Shown here in pieces: positions 49,108 through 59,470 of a DNA stretch of 64,000 nucleotides (the first letter of the stretch is position 1; each line of letters begins with the position of its first letter). Source of the stretch: Smithellaceae bacterium (GTDB lineage Bacteria > Desulfobacterota > Syntrophia > Syntrophales > Smithellaceae); assembly GCA_963667845.2 (NCBI GenBank), contig CAXXVL010000002.1:544001-608000 (forward strand), in the 5' to 3' direction. The translations under genes were made by a program, and so were the position numbers. The notes under the pieces are model-generated. The model had not been told where the DNA came from, did no database searches, and saw nothing but the letters and a program-made list of their open reading frames with translations.

Positions 49108-49992
49108 ATGACCCTAACTATCAAAATCATCAAGGCGATCGAACGCATTGTTCCCTTGCGCATCAAGCGGGGCCTGGCCGTGGGTATGTCCCGTCTGGCC
49201 TATCATCTCCTGCACAAGCACAAGTTGATCGCCCTGCACAATCTCACGCGGTCGTTTCCGGAAAAGTCTCTTGACGAGAATTTGCGGATTATCAAGAATT
49301 CCTATGCGAGCTTTGCAATGGTTTTCGCGGAGTTCCTACGGATTTCTTATCTGGACAAAAACAACCTGCAGCGCTGGGTTTCCGTGAAGGGACTGGAGCA
49401 CTATGAAAAAGCCTGCCGCGAGGGCCGGGGTGTGCTGCTTTTTACTGCTCACTTCGGCAACTGGGAAATAGGCACCGCCGCCCTGGCGATTTTGTCGACG
49501 CCTCCGTTCTTTATGGCACGCAATCTGGACAGCCCGTTTTTGGAAAAAATCAGCACCTCGGCAAGAGCGGCCCTGGGCGTCCGCACGCTGCATAAGGAAA
49601 ACGCCATGCGCATGCTCCTCCCGCTGTTGAGGAAAGGAAAAGCTGTCATATTGCTGATCGATCAAAACGTTGCTGCCAAAGAAGGGGTGTTTGTCGATTT
49701 TTTTGGACGCCCCGCCTGCGCCACCACAGGGGTCGCCCTCATGGCGATGCATACGGGAGCGGCCGTCCTGCCTATTTTCACGGCACGCCTGCCCGATGGC
49801 CGCTACCTGACCGAAATCGGTCCGCAAGTTGAGACCGTCCAAACGGGCGACCGGGATCATGACATGCTGGTCAACACCCAAATTTACAACAAAGTCATCG
49901 AAGAGCATGTCCGTAAATATCCCGACCAATGGCTCTGGCTGCATCAGCGCTGGAAGACGAAGCGCTGCCAGGCCCGGAGGCGCAACCCTTGA
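49108..49992 (+). CDS. lpxL: Lipid A secondary (lauroyl) acyltransferase
   Basis: AHFGNWE, LIDQ, VDFFG, PDQWLWLHQRWK. Confidence 0.9.
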   Translation: MTLTIKIIKAIERIVPLRIKRGLAVGMSRLAYHLLHKHKLIALHNLTRSFPEKSLDENLRIIKNSYASFAMVFAEFLRISYLDKNNLQRWVSVKGLEHYEKACREGRGVLLFTAHFGNWEIGTAALAILSTPPFFMARNLDSPFLEKISTSARAALGVRTLHKENAMRMLLPLLRKGKAVILLIDQNVAAKEGVFVDFFGRPACATTGVALMAMHTGAAVLPIFTARLPDGRYLTEIGPQVETVQTGDRDHDMLVNTQIYNKVIEEHVRKYPDQWLWLHQRWKTKRCQARRRNP

Positions 49993-51038
49993 TGAACGAT
50001 ACCAATAAACTGCCTGAGGCAGGCCTCCATAAAATATTGATCCGCGGCACCAACTGGATCGGCGATGCCGTTATGACCCTGCCGGCGGTGAACTCCATAC
50101 GAGCGGCCTTTCCCGGAGCGCATCTGGCCATTCTCGCCAAGCCCCCGGTTGCCGATATTTATCGAATGTTTTCGCCTGCGGATGAAATCATTGAGTATGA
50201 CAGTAAGTTTGATAACCCGCTGGGAGTATTGCGCCTGGCGCATAGACTCCGGCTGAAAAAATTTGACGCGGCAATTCTTCTTCAGAACGCTATTGAAGCG
50301 GCGATCATCGCCCGGGCCGCGGGAATCCCGATACGGGCGGGTTACAATTCCGACGGACGCGGGTTTCTGTTGACTCACGCGATAAGGCGAACCGAAAACA
50401 TCTTTAAAGTGCATCAGATTAATTATTATCTCGAAATGGTAAAAGCCCTGGGTTGCGCCGACGTGGACAGCGCCGTGCATCTGGCAGCGTATGTCTCTCC
50501 GGCAGCGGCCAGAGAAGTTCTGCAACAATACTTGCCCGGTAATACCCGGAGTATCATCGGCATTGCGCCCGGCGCCACCTACGGCCCGGCCAAAAAGTGG
50601 CTTGCCGACAGGTTTGCCGCTGCGGCGGATCGTCTGAGTGTGGATTTAAATGCGCAGGTCGTCCTCTTTGGGGGAAAAATGGACCGCGAAACCGCCTCGG
50701 ATGTCTGCAGGCAGGCCAACACGAACATCATCAATCTCGCCGGTAAATGCACTCTCGTCGAGTCGATTTATCTTATCTCGCAATGCCGGCTGTTTATCAG
50801 CAACGATTCGGGGCTGATGCATGTGGCAGGCGCGCTGAATATTCCCACGGTTGCGATCTTCGGATCAACCAATCCCGCGACCACATCGCCTGCCGGAGAA
50901 AAGACCGTCCTCGTGCGCAAAGAAGTGGAGTGCAGTCCCTGTCTCAAAAAAACGTGTCCGACGGATTTTCGCTGCATGACGATGATAACGGTCGATGATG
51001 TCGTGGCGGCGGCAAGCACCTTATTGAAGAGAAATTGA
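49992..51038 (+). CDS. waaF: LPS heptosyltransferase II
   Basis: NWIGDAVM, PGATYGPAKKW, NDSGLMHVA. Confidence 0.9.
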   Translation: MNDTNKLPEAGLHKILIRGTNWIGDAVMTLPAVNSIRAAFPGAHLAILAKPPVADIYRMFSPADEIIEYDSKFDNPLGVLRLAHRLRLKKFDAAILLQNAIEAAIIARAAGIPIRAGYNSDGRGFLLTHAIRRTENIFKVHQINYYLEMVKALGCADVDSAVHLAAYVSPAAAREVLQQYLPGNTRSIIGIAPGATYGPAKKWLADRFAAAADRLSVDLNAQVVLFGGKMDRETASDVCRQANTNIINLAGKCTLVESIYLISQCRLFISNDSGLMHVAGALNIPTVAIFGSTNPATTSPAGEKTVLVRKEVECSPCLKKTCPTDFRCMTMITVDDVVAAASTLLKRN

Positions 51039-51043
51039 AGCCA

Positions 51044-51634
51044 ATGAAGAAGAACGCTGCCATCTTTCTGGATCGAGACGGAACCATCAATGAAGAAGTC
51101 GGGTATCTCGACCGGGCAGGGAAGCTTAGGATGATTCCGGCTGCTTTTGAAGCCATCCGGCTGATCAACGAAAGCGGCATGAAAGCCGTCGTCGTGAGCA
51201 ATCAAGCCGGTGTCGCCAAAGGGCTGTTTACGGAAAGCTTCGTGCACGAGATCAATAGTCTGATTCAAGATACCCTGCTCACAAAGGGCGCACGAATCGA
51301 TGCGTTCTATTTTTGTCCGCATCACCCGACGGAAGGGAGCGCCCCCTACCGCACAATCTGCAATTGCCGGAAGCCGGCGGCGGGACTGCTGCATCAGGCT
51401 GCGGTTGATTGGGACATTGATCTTACGAGATCCTACCTCATCGGAGACCGCTTGCGCGATATCGAGACGGCCCATCGGGCCGGAGCCAAAGGCATCCTGG
51501 TCGCAACGGGATACGGGCAGGACGCTATGCAGGAAAGCGGACAGGATAAGCCCAATGAAATGAACAAACCCGACTTCAACGCCAAAGATATTCTGGAGGC
51601 GGTGCACTGGATATTGAAGGATCGAAGAACGTGA
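51044..51634 (+). CDS. gmhB: D-glycero-D-manno-heptose 1,7-bisphosphate phosphatase
   Basis: FLDRDGTIN, SNQAG, CPHHP, CNCRKP, IGDRLRD. Confidence 0.93.
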   Translation: MKKNAAIFLDRDGTINEEVGYLDRAGKLRMIPAAFEAIRLINESGMKAVVVSNQAGVAKGLFTESFVHEINSLIQDTLLTKGARIDAFYFCPHHPTEGSAPYRTICNCRKPAAGLLHQAAVDWDIDLTRSYLIGDRLRDIETAHRAGAKGILVATGYGQDAMQESGQDKPNEMNKPDFNAKDILEAVHWILKDRRT

Positions 51635-52659
51635 ATATTTTAATCGTCAAACTGAGCGCTATAGGTGACGTGATTCACACCCTTCCTTCACTCAATGCTC
51701 TGCGCCGCCTGTACCCCGATGCTCACATCACCTGGGTTGTTGAAGAAGAAGCGGCGGACCTTGTCGTCAATCATCCGCAGCTTGATCGCGTCATCATTTT
51801 CAGACGAAAAAGCTGGATCAATAAAATTAAAGCCGGTCAATTCCGGCAGGCCTTGCGCGATGCGCGACTATTCCTGGCCCGACTGCACAGCCGCCGGTAT
51901 GATCTCGTTGTCGACTTCCACGGTCTTTTCAAAAGCTCGATCATTGTCTGCTTAAGCAGGGGTAAAAGAAAGCTGGGATATGATTCGTGGCAGGAATTGA
52001 CCCGTTTGTTTCTCAATGACAGAATTCCGGAAGATATGAATAAACATGCGGTCGACCGTTATCTGGATTTTCCGCGGCATCTGGGCGGCGAGATCGGGAA
52101 ACCGGAATTCATTTTGCCGATCGCGCCTGCAGCAATAGCCAAAAGCCGCGCGATTCTGGATTTGTACCATCTGGAAGCAAAGAGGTACATTGCGGTTAAT
52201 CCCGTTGCCCTTTGGGACACCAAGTTGTGGGATGATCAGAAGTTTGCAGAGCTTGCGGATGCCATTGCGCAGCGGATGAACATCCCCGTTGTCTTTACCG
52301 GCCGGGATAAAGAATCCCTTGACAAAATCACTTCGAAAATGGCTACAAAGGGAATCAATATCGGCGGACAAACGACCTTGCCGGAGCTGGCCTGCATCTA
52401 TCAAGATGCACTGGCCGTCATTACCACAGATTCCGGACCAATGCATCTGGCCGCAGCCGTCGGAACGCCGGTGATCGCTCTTTTTGGACCGACTGATCCG
52501 GCAAGGACCGGCCCTTACGGAGCAAACCATATTATTGTCAGCGCGGGCCTCTCGTGCAGTCCATGTTTTTTGAAAAAATGTCCGACCCGGAAATGCATGG
52601 AAGACATTATGCCCGAACAAGTATTGGAAGCGGTGGAGAAGCTGGTGGATAGTGAATAG
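51631..52659 (+). CDS. waaC: GT9 heptosyltransferase (WaaC-like)
   Basis: ILIVKLSAIGDVIHTLP, TDSGPMHLAAA, FGPT. Confidence 0.8.
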   Translation: MNILIVKLSAIGDVIHTLPSLNALRRLYPDAHITWVVEEEAADLVVNHPQLDRVIIFRRKSWINKIKAGQFRQALRDARLFLARLHSRRYDLVVDFHGLFKSSIIVCLSRGKRKLGYDSWQELTRLFLNDRIPEDMNKHAVDRYLDFPRHLGGEIGKPEFILPIAPAAIAKSRAILDLYHLEAKRYIAVNPVALWDTKLWDDQKFAELADAIAQRMNIPVVFTGRDKESLDKITSKMATKGINIGGQTTLPELACIYQDALAVITTDSGPMHLAAAVGTPVIALFGPTDPARTGPYGANHIIVSAGLSCSPCFLKKCPTRKCMEDIMPEQVLEAVEKLVDSE

Positions 52660-52740
52660 TGAAGAGAGAAAAGGGAAAAAGATTAAGGTCAAAAGAACGA
52701 GTTTAAAGATTTAAGTTTTAAGTGTTAAGCAAGAGATAAG

Positions 52741-52911
52741 GTCATTGCGAGCGGACCCTTGGTCCGCGTGGCAATCTCATGGATTCATGTGATACCCCGA
52801 AGGGCAGAATCCTCTTTTGTCATTGCGAGCCGCCTCTCAGGCGGTGTGGCAATCTCAAGGATTCATTACCCACATGATTGCCACGGCTCCTCAGCGTCGC
52901 CTCGCAATGAC
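52741..52911. repeat. REP/REPIN-like cluster: GTCATTGCGAG-hairpin-GTGGCAATCTC, two direct copies and one inverted copy
   Basis: Copies at 52741-52778, 52819-52856 and inverted at 52876-52911. Confidence 0.8.
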
Positions 52912-52984
52912 GGAAAGATGATACAGTCGTGGGGGGAACCTTGATTTTCATGCATCCTGTATGTATCTTAGGGTGGAGGCCGTA

Positions 52985-54553
52985 ATGAACAGACAATTTA
53001 CGTACATCGCCATCATTGTCTTTGCAATTCTCCTTGCGCCCCTTTTTTTGGTACCGGCGCATGCCGCCTCATCGCCGAACGTGACCCTGGATCGCGACCT
53101 TTACCGCGATATCGAATTCTGGGCAGCCGAAGGCCTCGTCACCAGCAATATGAACTCGATCCGGCCTTTTTCCGGAAGTGAAGTTGGCAGACAATTGGCC
53201 GAAGCGCTGGACAAATGCAACGCCATGGCGACGCCCTCCGCTACCTGCCGGGATATTCAAAATCGCTACGCACAGCTTTTCGAAGCGGAAATCGCCGAGG
53301 CGCGCTCGCCGAATAATATCTCTCATACTTACATCAAACCCCTGGAAGCTCTTACCTTGAGCTACAACTATGAGAGTGGTCCATTCTCCACTTACAACAA
53401 TGAAGGCATTGACCGCGGCAAAGGCAGCAACGCCGTTCTCCGGGTGCAGTCTCAGGCCCGGGTCGGGCAAGTGCTTTCCTTTTTTGTCGAGCCCGCCTTG
53501 ATTTACAATCAGCACTTTGGCCGGGAAGAAGACGGCGAAGGCGGCACGAGGACTACTTTGCGACTCCATAAGGGCTACGCCAAACTGACCGTTTGTAATG
53601 TTGAACTGGAGGCAGGCAGGGATTCCCTGTGGTGGGGGCCGGGTTACCACGGCTCGCTTCTCATGTCCAACAACGCCCATCCGTTTGACATGATCAAATT
53701 ATCCAACCCCGAGCCGGTGCGTCTGCCGTGGATTTTTTCTTATCTCGGGCATTGGCAATTCAACCTGATATTTTCTCAACTAAATGACGAGCGAACGGGC
53801 ACTGAATTGGCCAATCCTTTTCTATACGGCATGCGGCTGGGCTTGAAGCCGCTTCAATATCTTGAGCTGGGCGCGTCCCATCTGGTCGTGTTTGGCGGCC
53901 CCGGGCGACGCAACCTGAGTCTGGGCGAAATCAACCAGATTCTCTTTGGCAATGCCGACAGAAGTGGAGAGGAAACGGAAAGCAACCAGGAGGTTGCAGT
54001 TGACTTTGCCCTGACCCTGCCCAATCTGAAGAAATACATTTTTGTAGCCGACGGAATCAAACTGTATGGTGAAATCGGCGCGGAGGATAACGGCGTCCCC
54101 CCCACCAGCCGCGCCTGGCTTGCCGGACTGGCCATCTTTAAGCCATTCGGTTTGGAAAGATCCGCCATTCGAGGAGAGTATGCAACGACAGTTTTAGGAC
54201 CATACAACACGCCTGCTTCCTGGTATGTACATTCGGCATATCCGATGCGCTATGAAGGCCGTGTCTTCGGACACCATATGGGCACCGAAGCAGACGATTA
54301 TTTTGTCGAATGGTCGCACAGTTTTGAAAAGATTTATTACAAGCTGAGTTTCGATCTGGAAAGAAGCGGTTACAAGACCAAACCCTCGGCCCAGACCAAG
54401 AAACAGTACCTGGGAGAAATAGGCTATCGATTCACCTACAACACGAATCTCACCTTGAGGTATTCGTATGAAGACATCGACAACCTCGACTATATTGAAA
54501 ATCAAAGTCAGAAAAACCACTTCATCGGCCTAGACGCCGCTATCTATTTCTAA
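52985..54553 (+). CDS. wzi: Capsule assembly Wzi family outer membrane protein
   Basis: Signal peptide; GRDSLWWGPGYHGSLLMSNNA, LELGAS, LYGEIGAED; terminal Phe. Confidence 0.85.
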   Translation: MNRQFTYIAIIVFAILLAPLFLVPAHAASSPNVTLDRDLYRDIEFWAAEGLVTSNMNSIRPFSGSEVGRQLAEALDKCNAMATPSATCRDIQNRYAQLFEAEIAEARSPNNISHTYIKPLEALTLSYNYESGPFSTYNNEGIDRGKGSNAVLRVQSQARVGQVLSFFVEPALIYNQHFGREEDGEGGTRTTLRLHKGYAKLTVCNVELEAGRDSLWWGPGYHGSLLMSNNAHPFDMIKLSNPEPVRLPWIFSYLGHWQFNLIFSQLNDERTGTELANPFLYGMRLGLKPLQYLELGASHLVVFGGPGRRNLSLGEINQILFGNADRSGEETESNQEVAVDFALTLPNLKKYIFVADGIKLYGEIGAEDNGVPPTSRAWLAGLAIFKPFGLERSAIRGEYATTVLGPYNTPASWYVHSAYPMRYEGRVFGHHMGTEADDYFVEWSHSFEKIYYKLSFDLERSGYKTKPSAQTKKQYLGEIGYRFTYNTNLTLRYSYEDIDNLDYIENQSQKNHFIGLDAAIYF

Positions 54554-54604
54554 GCTGAATTATTTAATCTCAACTCGCATTCCACGGTCACCGCATAAAC
54601 AAAA

Positions 54605-54632
54605 ACCCCCGGCCAAACCGAGGGTCCTTTTA
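54605..54632 (+). terminator. Terminator-like hairpin after wzi
   Basis: ACCCCCGG-N5-CCGAGGGT followed by CCTTTT, with an A-run before it (possibly bidirectional). Confidence 0.55.
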
Positions 54633-54686
54633 TTAGTTTCCGGCCGCCGCCGGACTATACGTTTCTAACGTAAGACTTTTTTTTTT

Positions 54687-54820
54687 AACTTAAAACTTAA
54701 ATCTTAAAACTTAAAACTGTTTTTATTTCACTTAAACCTTAAATCTTTTTCCTTCACTTTTCACTTTTCATCATTCACTTTTCACGTTTTTTTACTTAAC
54801 TACTTAAAACTTAAAACTTT
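54687..54820. repeat. Intergenic heptamer repeats (CTTAAAA)n and (TTCACTT)n
   Basis: Directly visible low-complexity tandem arrays. Confidence 0.85.
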
Positions 54821-54830
54821 CTTTTGCGTC

Positions 54831-55391
54831 CTAATGCGTCACTCCTTCGCGCGTGATCACTTTCAAAAACGTCATCCAGAGAATTCTTAAATCGAAAAGG
54901 AAAGAGTGGTGCTTTAGATAATACTCATCAAAGCTTACCTTGACTGGAATCGGCAGTTCATCACGTCCATTAATCTGAGCCCAGCCCGTAATTCCCGGAA
55001 TTAAATGGTGAACACTTTTGGCCGTCCGCAGAGCAATCAGATCGTCTTGATTGAACAGGGCTGGTCGTGGACCGACAAAACTCATATCCCCTTTCAAAAC
55101 GCTCCACAACTGCGGTAATTCATCAAGGCTTGATTTTCTCAAAAAAGTACCGATGGGTGTCATATGCGCGTAAGGATCTTTCATCAAATGAGTAGCAACC
55201 TCGGGTGTGCCAATCTGCATTGTTCTGAACTTAGGCATTTTGAAAATCTTATTATGCAAGCCTACGCGATCCGACCAATGCAAAACGGGGCCCGTGGAAG
55301 TCAGTTTCACGAATAGCGCAATAATCAAAACGGGCGGCAACAAGACCAACACCAAACAAATGGAAACAAACAAATCAAAAAGTCTTTTCAA
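54831..55391 (-). CDS. Undecaprenyl-phosphate sugar-phosphate transferase (Bac_transf)
   Basis: KRLFD, KFRTM, SLDELPQL, GDMSFVGPRP, PGITGWAQINGR. Confidence 0.92.
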   Translation of the reverse strand: MKRLFDLFVSICLVLVLLPPVLIIALFVKLTSTGPVLHWSDRVGLHNKIFKMPKFRTMQIGTPEVATHLMKDPYAHMTPIGTFLRKSSLDELPQLWSVLKGDMSFVGPRPALFNQDDLIALRTAKSVHHLIPGITGWAQINGRDELPIPVKVSFDEYYLKHHSFLFDLRILWMTFLKVITREGVTH

Positions 55392-55485
55392 TCTAGTAAT
55401 CCAAAATCAAGAATCCAAAATTTATAATTATTTCTTTATTGTACTATCCACTATTCACCATGAACTATGCGCTATGAGCCATCAG

Positions 55486-56709
55486 CTATGAGCCGCGAGC
55501 TGCGCTCGCCATCACCTTCTCCACCACAGCTATCGTATCTTTCATATCCTCTTCCGATAATGTCGGATGAACAAGAAACATCATGGAGGTATCGCCCAGC
55601 TCTCGAGCAATCGGCAACCTTCCAGTAGGACGCAGGCCTTCGGCATCGAAAGCCTTTTCCATGTACATTTCACTGCAGCTACCTGTAAAGCAAGGTATGC
55701 CTTCAGCATTGATAGCGACGATAACCCGTTCGCGGTTCCAGCCCTGTTTCAGCATTTCAGGTTTAATAAACACATAATACTTATAGTAGGCATGGGAAAT
55801 ATCATCAGGCGGCTCTGTCACACGCAGCGCCGGAATATTCAAAAAAGCTTTAGTTAAAATGCCGGCATTGCGCCTGCGTTTTTCAATCCAGTCGGGCAGC
55901 TTGCGAAGTTGAATCCGCCCGATGGCTGCCTGCATTTCCGTCATCCGCCAGTTTGTTCCAAACGATTCATGCAACCATTTAAAAGACGGACCGGGCTTGA
56001 GATCATTATTACTGTACACGGCATCGTAACTTTTGCCGTGGTCCTTGTACGACCAGACTTTCGACCAGATATCTTTCTTGTTCGTCACTACCATGCCACC
56101 CTCACCGCCGGTGGTCATTATCTTGTCCTGACAAAAAGAAAAAGCAGCTGCATCGCCAAAAGAACCTATCGGGCGATCTTTATAAAAAGCGCCGGATGCC
56201 TGCGCGCAATCTTCTATTACCGCAAGCCCGCGTTTTTCGGCCAAAGCCATAATCGCATCCATTTCACAGGGCCACCCGGCCAGATGAACTGCAATGATCG
56301 CACGGGTGCGGCTTGTGATGACTTTTTCAATTGTTTCCACAGTAATATTTTGACTGTTCCGATCCACATCGGCAAACACAGGTTTTGCGCCGCGCATGAC
56401 CGCGCAGCTTGCCGAAGCGATATAACTACGGGGAGTCACAATGACATCATCACCGTTACTAATATTCAAAGCCATCAAGGCGACTTCCAGAGCCACTGTA
56501 CCATTCATCATGGCCACGGCGTAATTCACGCCGATGCTTGAGGCGAACTCTTTTTCAAACAAACGGCCTTCTTCTCCCGTCCAGTAATTAACTTTGCCCG
56601 ATTGAAGCACACTGGACACAGCCGCAATTTCGTCACTGGCAAAGAAGGGCCAAGGCGGGAGATGGTTGGTACGGACGGGGGCTTCACCATTCATAATTGC
56701 TTTACTCAT
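55486..56709 (-). CDS. DegT/DnrJ sugar aminotransferase
   Basis: NGTVAL, EDCAQA, SFCQDKIMTTGGEGG, GTNWRMTEMQAAIG. Confidence 0.92.
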   Translation of the reverse strand: MSKAIMNGEAPVRTNHLPPWPFFASDEIAAVSSVLQSGKVNYWTGEEGRLFEKEFASSIGVNYAVAMMNGTVALEVALMALNISNGDDVIVTPRSYIASASCAVMRGAKPVFADVDRNSQNITVETIEKVITSRTRAIIAVHLAGWPCEMDAIMALAEKRGLAVIEDCAQASGAFYKDRPIGSFGDAAAFSFCQDKIMTTGGEGGMVVTNKKDIWSKVWSYKDHGKSYDAVYSNNDLKPGPSFKWLHESFGTNWRMTEMQAAIGRIQLRKLPDWIEKRRRNAGILTKAFLNIPALRVTEPPDDISHAYYKYYVFIKPEMLKQGWNRERVIVAINAEGIPCFTGSCSEMYMEKAFDAEGLRPTGRLPIARELGDTSMMFLVHPTLSEEDMKDTIAVVEKVMASAARGS

Positions 56710-56863
56710 TTACTTTCCTCATAACAAAAAAATACATCATCATTTTGGTTACCTTGCCAAAAGAAGGCCTGCAGCAATCGGGATCCCCTACACTTTCTTT
56801 ATCTGGGTATTATTTCCACGCTGTCGCAACAGGGAAAGCATATATTCTAAACCATCTGGAAAA

Positions 56864-57487
56864 TCAGATAGATTCCGGCTTTTCTTCTCCATCGTATAGC
56901 TCTGCTAATAGTTGTTTCTCCATGCTTTGCATATCAACCACTTGTCGCGTATCTACTCTACGCGCTGGTGTACCAACATAAATGCCACTTTGCTCCAAGT
57001 CCTTCAAAACCAGGGTGTTTGACCCTGTCGCCGCATAGTCACCAATAGAAACATTTGGGTGAACAACTGTATTTGTCCCCAAAATTACATGCCTGCCTAT
57101 TTTAACAACACCACCATAAAGGTGAGGCTTGTATTTCTTCGGAACACATGGATTCGTCAAACTTCTACCGGAAAAATCATCCGAACCAGTAATGATCCGA
57201 CAGCCGGCTGATAAACCGGAAAAATCTTTCATCTTAAGAACACCGCCACCAATTATTGAGCAAAATGATGATATATGTACAAACTTACCTAACGACACAC
57301 CCTTTCCTCCGGCAATTAATACAAAATCATCTACAATCGAGTAGTCATCGATTTCGACCATGCTTGGGTTAGCAATTTTGGCTAGTGGACGAATGGTAAC
57401 TCCCTTTCCGCAATACTTTAAGAGTTGCTTAACATTATCACCCATTAAATGGCCTTCCAAAATCATATCAGGATGCATCGTCGTCAT
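56864..57487 (-). CDS. Hexapeptide-repeat acyltransferase
   Basis: Left-handed beta-helix repeats, IYVGTPAR. Confidence 0.85.
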   Translation of the reverse strand: MTTMHPDMILEGHLMGDNVKQLLKYCGKGVTIRPLAKIANPSMVEIDDYSIVDDFVLIAGGKGVSLGKFVHISSFCSIIGGGVLKMKDFSGLSAGCRIITGSDDFSGRSLTNPCVPKKYKPHLYGGVVKIGRHVILGTNTVVHPNVSIGDYAATGSNTLVLKDLEQSGIYVGTPARRVDTRQVVDMQSMEKQLLAELYDGEEKPESI

Positions 57488-58119
57488 AGCTTTTCACCCA
57501 TGAATTCTTCGGCAGTTGCCTGTCCCGGTTGGTTTATCCCTTCGCGCCTGATAATCTTCCGGATCGTAATAAAAATAATCTTCACATCCAGCCAAATTGC
57601 TCTATTATCGACATACCAGACATCCAATCTAAATTTTTCTTCCCAGGTTATGGCATTACGACCATTGATCTGCGCCCAGCCGGTGATGCCCGGCTTCACC
57701 TCATGCCGCCTTGCCTGTTCCGGCGTATAGCGATTAAGGTATTGCATGAGCAATGGTCTGGGTCCCACCAGACGCATGTCGCCTTTCAGAACATTAAAGA
57801 GTTCGGGCAATTCATCCAGACTTGTAACGCGCAGAAAGCGACCAAAGAGCGTCAGACGATCCCCATCGGGCAGCAACCCGCCATCACTCCCCCTTACGTC
57901 AGTCATCGTGCGAAATTTAAAAATGGCAAAAGGCTTCCCATGTAAGCCTGGTCGAATCTGTTTAAACAACACCGGGCGGCCCAATCGAATGCGCACCAGT
58001 AACGCGGCAACAGCAAGAATTGGTGAAAACACGATAAGCGCCGGAACGGTCAATGCCACATCAAATATGCGCTGAACCACGGAAAGATAAAACTTGTTTT
58101 TACTTTTGCCAGATGACAT
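57484..58119 (-). CDS. PglC-like undecaprenyl-phosphate sugar-phosphate transferase
   Basis: KFRTM, LLPD.DRLT, SLDELPEL, GPRPLL, PGITGWAQINGRN, DVWYVD. Confidence 0.92.
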   Translation of the reverse strand: MSSGKSKNKFYLSVVQRIFDVALTVPALIVFSPILAVAALLVRIRLGRPVLFKQIRPGLHGKPFAIFKFRTMTDVRGSDGGLLPDGDRLTLFGRFLRVTSLDELPELFNVLKGDMRLVGPRPLLMQYLNRYTPEQARRHEVKPGITGWAQINGRNAITWEEKFRLDVWYVDNRAIWLDVKIIFITIRKIIRREGINQPGQATAEEFMGEKL

Positions 58120-58134
58120 TTGAAGAGCTCTTTC

Positions 58135-59361
58135 TCATTTATCCACGCAAGCATCCAGTGTCTCTGCTAAGCGGCCAGCTAACTGATTATAGCTATGATT
58201 CGCTGCCACATAGCAATGCCCAGCGCAGCCCATGCGATACCGCTCCGGTGCTGTCATATTTGACACTGCAAGGATAGCCTGCGTTAATGCTGCAAGATCA
58301 CCAGGCGGTACTGTAATACCAGCTTGAGCATCATCAACAGGGTTGTTTGAGGCATCGCTGCAAAATATGACCGGCCTGGCTCCTGCCATAAAATCGAAAA
58401 GCTTATTTGAACTAATTCCGTACCGAAACACGGGAGCATCTATCAAGTTGAACACAAAGGCATCGGCCTCAGAGGCTAAAACGGGGATATCCTTTTTGGG
58501 AACAGGCGGTTCAAAAGAAACATCCTTTAATTCCAACGCCTCTGCCAATCTCATCAACGCCGGTTTTAATGGTCCGCCACCAATAAGACGCAACCTTATC
58601 GCCCCAGGGGATACCTGTTTGGAAGCTAACTTCATCGCACGCAGTAAGATGTCTAGCCCATTAGCTTGTCCATGTGCACCGAAATACATCAGCACGAAAG
58701 GATCGCCGTCCTGCCTCAATCGCGGACTAGGTTCAGGGAATGCAGACACGTCAACACCATTGGGAATCCAGACAACTCTTTCTGCAGGGATACCGAGAGG
58801 CGCGATGTAATCCACTGCCCGTGGAAGCAATACCACAATGCGAGTTGACTGGCGGTAAAGCCATAGCTCAAGGCGACGAAGAGCCCAAGTCACTAAGCTC
58901 CCTTCCTTGAGACGCCCCATATCGATTAGTGTTTGCGGCCACAGGTCGCGGACCTCAAATATGAACGGCACCCGATGCCGACGGGCCAGTAATGAACCTG
59001 CGAGCGCGGCAAAAGGATGCACACTCGATCCGATGATTACATCAGGTTTTGGCAAGCCCCGTGTGTAACGTGGCAATAGGGCACGAACGCTGTACGCCAG
59101 CATATTCAGCGCTCGTCCGACACCATTACCTTCATACTTTGGCGTATGAATCCAAAGAAAAGGTACCCCCTCGTTACACTCCAACCTGAAATTTTCACCA
59201 GCAGCAAGCCGCTGTCGGCCACTGTTGATTTCAGTACTTGCAGCAATGATCGTGGCCTGCCAACCAAACATTGGCAGGTTATTAGCTAAATTGAAATGGC
59301 GCGTACCACCTGCGCCACCAGGCTCAACGGCGTGATGATTAAGTATCCAGAGCTGTTTCAT
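58135..59361 (-). CDS. Glycosyltransferase family 4 (WbuB-like)
   Basis: FEVRDLWP, WIPNGVD, SNKLFDFMAGARP. Confidence 0.9.
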   Translation of the reverse strand: MKQLWILNHHAVEPGGAGGTRHFNLANNLPMFGWQATIIAASTEINSGRQRLAAGENFRLECNEGVPFLWIHTPKYEGNGVGRALNMLAYSVRALLPRYTRGLPKPDVIIGSSVHPFAALAGSLLARRHRVPFIFEVRDLWPQTLIDMGRLKEGSLVTWALRRLELWLYRQSTRIVVLLPRAVDYIAPLGIPAERVVWIPNGVDVSAFPEPSPRLRQDGDPFVLMYFGAHGQANGLDILLRAMKLASKQVSPGAIRLRLIGGGPLKPALMRLAEALELKDVSFEPPVPKKDIPVLASEADAFVFNLIDAPVFRYGISSNKLFDFMAGARPVIFCSDASNNPVDDAQAGITVPPGDLAALTQAILAVSNMTAPERYRMGCAGHCYVAANHSYNQLAGRLAETLDACVDK

Positions 59362-59470
59362 ACCAGAAGTACCTCGCAAGCCAAGCTAAGTCTATAATAG
59401 CTTGATTTAGCGTTTGGCTGATGTTGAGCGTGCCAAGCAACCATGTCGGACGCTGCAGTATTGTTGTGTA

